NCBI GenBank assembly: GCA_021159185.1
Contig: JAGGSH010000012.1
Location: 1,235 to 65,234 of the forward strand
Length of the DNA: 64,000 nucleotides
Source: a bacterium
Lineage (GTDB): Bacteria; Patescibacteriota; Minisyncoccia; Moranbacterales; UBA9337
Direction of reading: 5' to 3'
The first letter of the stretch is position 1. The number at the start of each line of letters is the position of its first letter. This document shows positions 59,243 to 64,000 of this stretch, one piece after another. The notes beneath the pieces were generated by a model that saw only the letters and a list, made by a program, of their open reading frames with translations, searched no databases and was not told the DNA's origin. The position numbers and the translations under genes are program-made.

Positions 59243-60658
59243 TTAACTATTCAGTTTCTCGCTCAACCACGTTTTTAGCCCTTCTGCTTTCACCCTCTCC
59301 TGCTTCATCGTATCCCGATCCCGAACTGTCACTGTTCCGTCTTTTAAAGTTTCAAAATCCACCGTAATACAGTAAGGTGTACCGATTTCGTCTTGGCGAC
59401 GGTAGCGTTTGCCGATGTTGCCGTTGTCGTCAAACTCGCACATATATTGCGATTTTAAATTTTCGTAAATTTCGCGCGCTTTCTTTACCAACTCCGGTTT
59501 GTTTTTAAGCAAAGGAAAGATAGCCGCTTTAATCGGCGCCAAATTTTTCGGAAATTTCATTACCGTCCGCTCACTGCCATCCTCTAATTTCTCTTTCGTA
59601 ATTGCGTCCGTAATTACGGCCAGAAAAGTACGATCTACTCCCACGGATGTTTCCACAATATGCGGAATGTATTTTTCATTGGTTTGCGGATCGCGATAAG
59701 ATAAGTCCTTGTCCGAGAATTTTGAATGCTGTTTTAAGTCGTAATCCGCGCGATAATGCACGCCTTCCAATTCTTTAAAACCAAACGGAAACTTATATTC
59801 AATATCCCAGGCCGCTTTGGCATAAAAAACCAAATTCTCGTGCTTATGCCATCTTAAATTTTCTTTTTTAATTCCAAGATCTATGTAAAACTGCCAGCGC
59901 CGTTCCCGCCACTCTTCATAACTTTTCATCGCTTCATCCGAATGGACGAAAAATTGCATCTCCATTTGTTCAAATTCCCGTTTGCGGAAAATGAACTGGC
60001 GCGCCGTAATTTCATTTCTGAAAGCCTTTCCAATTTGCGCGATTCCAAACGGCACTTTCACCCGCGTAGAATCCAGAACATTTTTAAAGTTGACATAAAT
60101 CCCTTGGCAAGTTTCCCCCCGCAGATAAACCGGATTCTTACTCCAATCACCCGTAAAATTTCCCAAATTGGATTGCACTAAAAGATTAAATTCTTTGGCC
60201 TCGGAAAAATCACTGTCCCCGCATTTCGGGCATTTTAATTTTTCTCTATTTTCTTTCAGCAATTTATTTATTTCTTCCTCGCTCATTTTTTCGTCCGCGA
60301 AAACTCCCGCTTCTTCCAAAAGATGATCCACTCTCACTCTGGTGTGGCATTTTTTGCATTCCGCCAAGGGATCGGAAAATCCGCTGATATGCCCTGACGC
60401 TTCCCAAACTTTCGGATGCATAAAAATACTAGAATCCAGTCCCACGATGTTTTCATTCTCTTGCACCATCGCTTTCCACCACGCCGATTTTATATTATTA
60501 GCCAGCTCCGCGCCGTAAGGCCCGTAATCATAAACGGCCGAAAATCCTCCGTAAATTTCCGAAGACGAAAAAACAAAGCCTCGCCTCTTGCAAAGAGCTG
60601 CAATTTCTTCCATTAAATCCTTGTCCCGTAAATTATTTTTGTCTTGTTTTTGAGACAT
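59243..60658 (-). CDS. glyQS: glycyl-tRNA synthetase (dimeric class II, alpha2 type)
   Basis: RGFVFSSSEIYGGFSAVYDYGPYGAELANNIK..WW, class II motifs 2 and 3, and a C-terminal anticodon-binding domain are collinear with GlyQS. Confidence 0.92.
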   Translation of the reverse strand: MSQKQDKNNLRDKDLMEEIAALCKRRGFVFSSSEIYGGFSAVYDYGPYGAELANNIKSAWWKAMVQENENIVGLDSSIFMHPKVWEASGHISGFSDPLAECKKCHTRVRVDHLLEEAGVFADEKMSEEEINKLLKENREKLKCPKCGDSDFSEAKEFNLLVQSNLGNFTGDWSKNPVYLRGETCQGIYVNFKNVLDSTRVKVPFGIAQIGKAFRNEITARQFIFRKREFEQMEMQFFVHSDEAMKSYEEWRERRWQFYIDLGIKKENLRWHKHENLVFYAKAAWDIEYKFPFGFKELEGVHYRADYDLKQHSKFSDKDLSYRDPQTNEKYIPHIVETSVGVDRTFLAVITDAITKEKLEDGSERTVMKFPKNLAPIKAAIFPLLKNKPELVKKAREIYENLKSQYMCEFDDNGNIGKRYRRQDEIGTPYCITVDFETLKDGTVTVRDRDTMKQERVKAEGLKTWLSEKLNS

Positions 60659-60785
60659 AATTAAAAAAATAGTTAGAAACTGTTTTTTTAATGATAACTC
60701 TTTTTATCCTTATTTACAAATAATATACTGTGTTTATCAGCCACACTTAGAAATGTTAATTTATATCATATCATACTCACTCTAA

Positions 60786-60819
60786 ATACATTATCTCGCG
60801 ATCGCGGTAAATTGTATTT
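60786..60819. repeat. 34-bp direct repeat DR1 (contains the CGCGATCGCG palindrome)
   Basis: ATACATTATCTCGCGATCGCGGTAAATTGTATTT. 33/34 identical to DR2 at 61513-61546. Lies 128 bp upstream of glyQS. Confidence 0.85.
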
Positions 60820-60868
60820 CTTTAAAAAATATCTTGCAGGAAATATCTTATAGGAAATCACAGCTAAC

Positions 60869-61477
60869 CTACTTATTTTTCATATCATAAACTCTGTCAA
60901 CTAGCAAATAATTCACATAATTTACCATTTTTCTTTTCTTAATTTCTTTTATTAAATCCACTGTTAATGGAAACTTACTCACAAAAACACTTTTCTGAAG
61001 CTGTTTATAGCTTAATAAATAAAGTTCGCTCCTTAACCAGTCCCGCTCCTTCCTTATTTTTTCAGGAATATCAAATATTACTACTCTGTATTTTTTATCC
61101 CACTTTTGTTTTAAGATTTTTTTACGCCTCAATACATAGTTTACTAATTTTTTGCCTTTTTCTGTTATAGAATAAGTGCTTCCGTTCTTTTCCACAAATC
61201 CCTGTTTTTGTAATCTTCTAATACTTTGTTTTATGGTGTTTTTTTCAAATTTTTTCTTTTTTAGCTTGTCTGGCTGTAAAATATCGAAGTTTCCGCTTGG
61301 CAAATCAGCGTAGTAAGAAGGTTTAAGAAAAGTTTCTATAGTGGCTTCACCCAAAAAAAGCAATAAAGAAAAAGACCAAGCGCTTGCGTCAAGTGAACCT
61401 TTTATAATATTTCGAGCTAATTTTTTTGAATATTTAGCTACCTTTTTATTTTTATTTTTATTTTTATTTTTATTCAT
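60869..61477 (-). CDS. PaaX-family-like transcriptional regulator (wHTH-like N-terminus + PaaX_C-like domain), tentative
   Basis: C-terminal KWDKKYRVVIFDIPEKIRKERDWLRSELYLLSYKQLQKSVFVSKFP matches the W.G.W.lv.fDiPE..R..Rd.lR..L...Gf..LQ.SVwv.P motif of PaaX C-terminal domains. The N-terminus begins with an (NK)n low-complexity tract. Confidence 0.5.
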   Translation of the reverse strand: MNKNKNKNKNKKVAKYSKKLARNIIKGSLDASAWSFSLLLFLGEATIETFLKPSYYADLPSGNFDILQPDKLKKKKFEKNTIKQSIRRLQKQGFVEKNGSTYSITEKGKKLVNYVLRRKKILKQKWDKKYRVVIFDIPEKIRKERDWLRSELYLLSYKQLQKSVFVSKFPLTVDLIKEIKKRKMVNYVNYLLVDRVYDMKNK

Positions 61478-61512
61478 TTATATATCTTATAAATTGCAAG
61501 CACATATAAATA

Positions 61513-61546
61513 ATACATTATCTCGCGATCGCGGTAAACTGTATTT
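61513..61546. repeat. 34-bp direct repeat DR2 (contains the CGCGATCGCG palindrome)
   Basis: ATACATTATCTCGCGATCGCGGTAAACTGTATTT. Lies 36 bp upstream of the PaaX-like gene start. Confidence 0.85.
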
Positions 61547-61680
61547 AAGGACTGTGTCTGAGAATTATGTAAATATGAGATTATAACAATGCGAAAATAT
61601 GAAAATATGATTAAAACAGTTAAACTAACTACGATAATTAAAATGATTGGAAGTAGGATGAATTTTTAAAGAATACTTCA

Positions 61681-62973
61681 TTATTTCTTTGTATTTTTTA
61701 TTTTCTTCCTCAATAATGACATTGGTTTAATATTTTTCTTGCCAATATTTAAATAATAAAATTTATTCTGCCCGCCATGCGCCGATTGCACCACTTTCTC
61801 GCTTTCATTGTAAATTTCCTTGATTCTAGTCATTTGATTTCCGTCCGGACTTATAATTTCAATTTTATCATTTTTATAAACCGCGTTATGAGGCTTGATC
61901 TTAATTAAATTTTCATTTTTTTTACTTTCAACTTTCAACTTTTTATTCTCTATTACCTCTCCCACAAATTCATACAGGCATTTTTTATGCGAATTGGAAA
62001 TAAAATGTTCCGGCTCATTGCCCAACAAAAAACCGGCAGTATATCCGCGACGAAACAATTTATTCAATTCTTTTTGCTCTTCTCGGATAATTTTTTGTAT
62101 TTCTTGTTTGGGCTTTTTTTTCAATACCGCGTCCAGAACTTTTCTATAAGCGCGAACCACCACCGACAGATAAAAAACGCTTTTATTTCTTCCTTCAATT
62201 TTAAAGAAAGTTACTCCCGCTTTTCGCAAATCATTCAGATACGCCAATAGATTTAAATCCCGGCTGTTAAAAAAATAGGTTCCATTCTTATCTTCTTCCA
62301 AATCAATTTCAAATTTTTTTTGACTATCGGTAACGGTAGAATATTTCCACCGGCAAGGCTGAGCGCAATCTCCCAAATTAGCCGACCGCCCCGTCATCCA
62401 TTGGCTCAAAATGCAACGGCCGGAATAACTCATACACATCGCTCCGTGCACGAGATACTCCAATTCCACTTCGGGAACTTTCTTTTTAATTTCTTTTATT
62501 TCTTTTAAAGTTGTTTCGCGCGCTAAAATTACCCGTTTTGCTCCCTGCTCTCCCCAAAATTTTACCGCCCGCCAATTAAGAGCGTTGGCTTGTGTGGAAA
62601 GATGAATATTAACATTGGGCAAATTTTTTTTAACCAGCGTTAAAATTCCCGGATCGCTGACAATAATTCCGTCTATATCAAGTTTTTTCAAAAATTTCAA
62701 ATGCCGTTCCGCTTGTTTTAAATGAATATTGTGAGCGTAAATATTGATGGTAATATAAAACTTCTTGCCTTTTTGATGCGCGTATTCAATTCCTTTTTTC
62801 AATTTATTGGGAGTGAAATCATTAATTCGCGCCCGCAAAGAAAAATCAGGAACGCCCGCGTAAACCGCGTCCGCCCCATATTCAAAAGCGTATTTAAGTT
62901 TTTCCGTGTTCCCCGCCGGCGCGAGAAGTTCAAGGGTTTTATTATTTTTCATTATTTTCTTTTCTCTCTCCAC
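61681..62973 (-). CDS. U32-family peptidase (collagenase-like / RlhA-TrhP-type)
   Basis: LELLAPAGN.EKLKYAFEYGADAVY and EYLVHGAMCMSYSGRCILSQ are U32 signature blocks. C-terminal beta-barrel extension. Confidence 0.85.
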   Translation of the reverse strand: MEREKKIMKNNKTLELLAPAGNTEKLKYAFEYGADAVYAGVPDFSLRARINDFTPNKLKKGIEYAHQKGKKFYITINIYAHNIHLKQAERHLKFLKKLDIDGIIVSDPGILTLVKKNLPNVNIHLSTQANALNWRAVKFWGEQGAKRVILARETTLKEIKEIKKKVPEVELEYLVHGAMCMSYSGRCILSQWMTGRSANLGDCAQPCRWKYSTVTDSQKKFEIDLEEDKNGTYFFNSRDLNLLAYLNDLRKAGVTFFKIEGRNKSVFYLSVVVRAYRKVLDAVLKKKPKQEIQKIIREEQKELNKLFRRGYTAGFLLGNEPEHFISNSHKKCLYEFVGEVIENKKLKVESKKNENLIKIKPHNAVYKNDKIEIISPDGNQMTRIKEIYNESEKVVQSAHGGQNKFYYLNIGKKNIKPMSLLRKKIKNTKK

Positions 62974-63074
62974 TCTATTTCATCCGCCCCGCCCTTGTCA
63001 ATTTTCCGACCAATAAAAAACTACGGAGTTTTTATCCGCTTTGGGAGGGAGCTCTGTAATTTTGCTTTATGATT

Positions 63075-64000
63075 TTATCGCAAAGCTTTTTTCATTCCCC
63101 ATAAATAATAACCGTAGCTTGATAGTCCGATAATAATTATCAGACAAGGGAACCAAATATTTATATGGCATTGGTCAAACATATTCCATAGCGACAGCGC
63201 CACGATCGTATAAAGCGCTTCCCAGAACCACCTAATTCTTTCTCTTTTCTGTTCTCCGAAAAAGTTGTTGAAATTGAATAATATAGCATAGACAATTAAC
63301 GCTAACGCCCATATCCACCATGACTGCCCTTTGCAATCACGGCCATGCTCCCCGGCCACCTCGCCGTTTTCCTTCTCGGTTCCCCCTATTTCAGAAGAAG
63401 GCGATAAAGAATCCGCCACTGATGTTTCATTATTTGTTTCTCCGCTCTCACCATTGCTTAAATTTAAACTGCTTGCCAGTATATTGCCCGCCAGCTTTTT
63501 ATTTTTTCTATAATGCTTATGGCTGCTCTTACCGCCGCTTTTTTTGCCGTTGCTTGAGGTTGATCCAAGCGTGGTAAAACTGCGCTCTTCGGTAATGCTT
63601 GGGGGCGAAGCATGGGAGATGGCTCGGTAATAATAAGTTGTTCCTGATGAAAGATTGCTTAAAACAACCGAGTGATTTATAGTTCCGTTCTCACTGATTG
63701 GAAAAACATTGTCTTCCTCAATGGAAGAATAAACATAACCGTAATTCGGAGGATAGTTTAAATTAAAAAGATGGGGAAACCCTTGCGGCGAATAAATTAC
63801 CCGGCTGGTTGAATTATAACTAGTCGTCCATTCAACAATAGCTTGAGTTTCTCCAACCGTAACACGCTCATCCGAGATTACAACTCCAGCGATAATAATT
63901 CCTTCGCTTCCGCCGGAAGGAATTTCCGCCCCTATTGACTCCTCGCCGAAAAATCCTATTTCAATATCAAATTTAACCGCTGATTCTTGATAATCATTTC
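63075..64000 (-). CDS. FN3-domain membrane-anchored protein, partial (N-terminus beyond window end)
   Basis: The minus-strand frame is open from the window edge to 63075. It contains a fibronectin-III / purple-acid-phosphatase-N-like block (VTVGETQAIVEWTTSYNSTSRVIYS...GTTYYYRAISHAS), an S/K/N-rich linker, then 2-3 TM helices. The listed 114-aa ORF is only its C-terminal part from the first in-frame Met. Confidence 0.6.
   Translation of the reverse strand, partial: NDYQESAVKFDIEIGFFGEESIGAEIPSGGSEGIIIAGVVISDERVTVGETQAIVEWTTSYNSTSRVIYSPQGFPHLFNLNYPPNYGYVYSSIEEDNVFPISENGTINHSVVLSNLSSGTTYYYRAISHASPPSITEERSFTTLGSTSSNGKKSGGKSSHKHYRKNKKLAGNILASSLNLSNGESGETNNETSVADSLSPSSEIGGTEKENGEVAGEHGRDCKGQSWWIWALALIVYAILFNFNNFFGEQKRERIRWFWEALYTIVALSLWNMFDQCHINIWFPCLIIIIGLSSYGYYLWGMKKALR

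Noticed and set aside
63075-63419. Stand-alone 114-aa membrane protein
   Set aside because: The reading frame is open upstream all the way to the window edge and encodes an FN3-like domain. The 114-aa ORF is just the C-terminal part of a longer, partial gene.

Overview
The window is a low-GC, gene-dense bacterial chromosome segment made almost entirely of core housekeeping genes. The short genes, K/E-rich extensions on ribosomal proteins and the presence of a four-helix-bundle (IVS/Avd-like) protein are consistent with a reduced-genome lineage such as Candidate Phyla Radiation / Patescibacteria, but taxonomy cannot be proven from sequence alone.

Recognisable content:
- Replication and chromosome biology: dnaX, topA, dprA, parA, parB, and a short apparently hinge-less SMC-family ATPase.
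- Translation and transcription: rplL, rplJ, rpsP, rpsI, rplM, rplQ, rpoA, rpsD, rpsM, rpsK, rpmJ, infA, rpmF, nusB, rnc, pth, a Rel/SpoT homologue, leuS, metG, glyQS, rsmI.
- Other housekeeping: folD, uppP, tatD, a complete F-type ATP synthase operon (atpZ-like through atpC), an FtsX/ABC pair, an M16 peptidase, a U32 peptidase, an AI-2E transporter, and CAP-domain and LCP-family envelope proteins.
- Three tRNAs: Gln-UUG, Lys-UUU and Leu-CAA.

The most unusual aspect is not a gene but the non-coding architecture. At least five distinct families of short (85-170 bp) nested-palindromic, MITE-like interspersed repeats are scattered through intergenic spacers, including three consecutive spacers of the atp operon and three consecutive spacers of the rpsD-rpsM-rpsK-rpmJ cluster. 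One copy sits in-frame inside metG without breaking the ORF. Others create false N-terminal ORF extensions on rplJ, smc and atpZ.

Other notable loci:
- A PEP-utilising-enzyme locus with a 98-bp perfect direct repeat, a domain remnant, a homopolymer frameshift and an embedded histidine-phosphatase-like gene.
- A PaaX-like regulator gene bracketed by 34-bp direct repeats that carry a CGCGATCGCG palindrome.
- An 8-nt microsatellite forming the atpF stop codon.

No CRISPR array, rRNA or prophage is visible.
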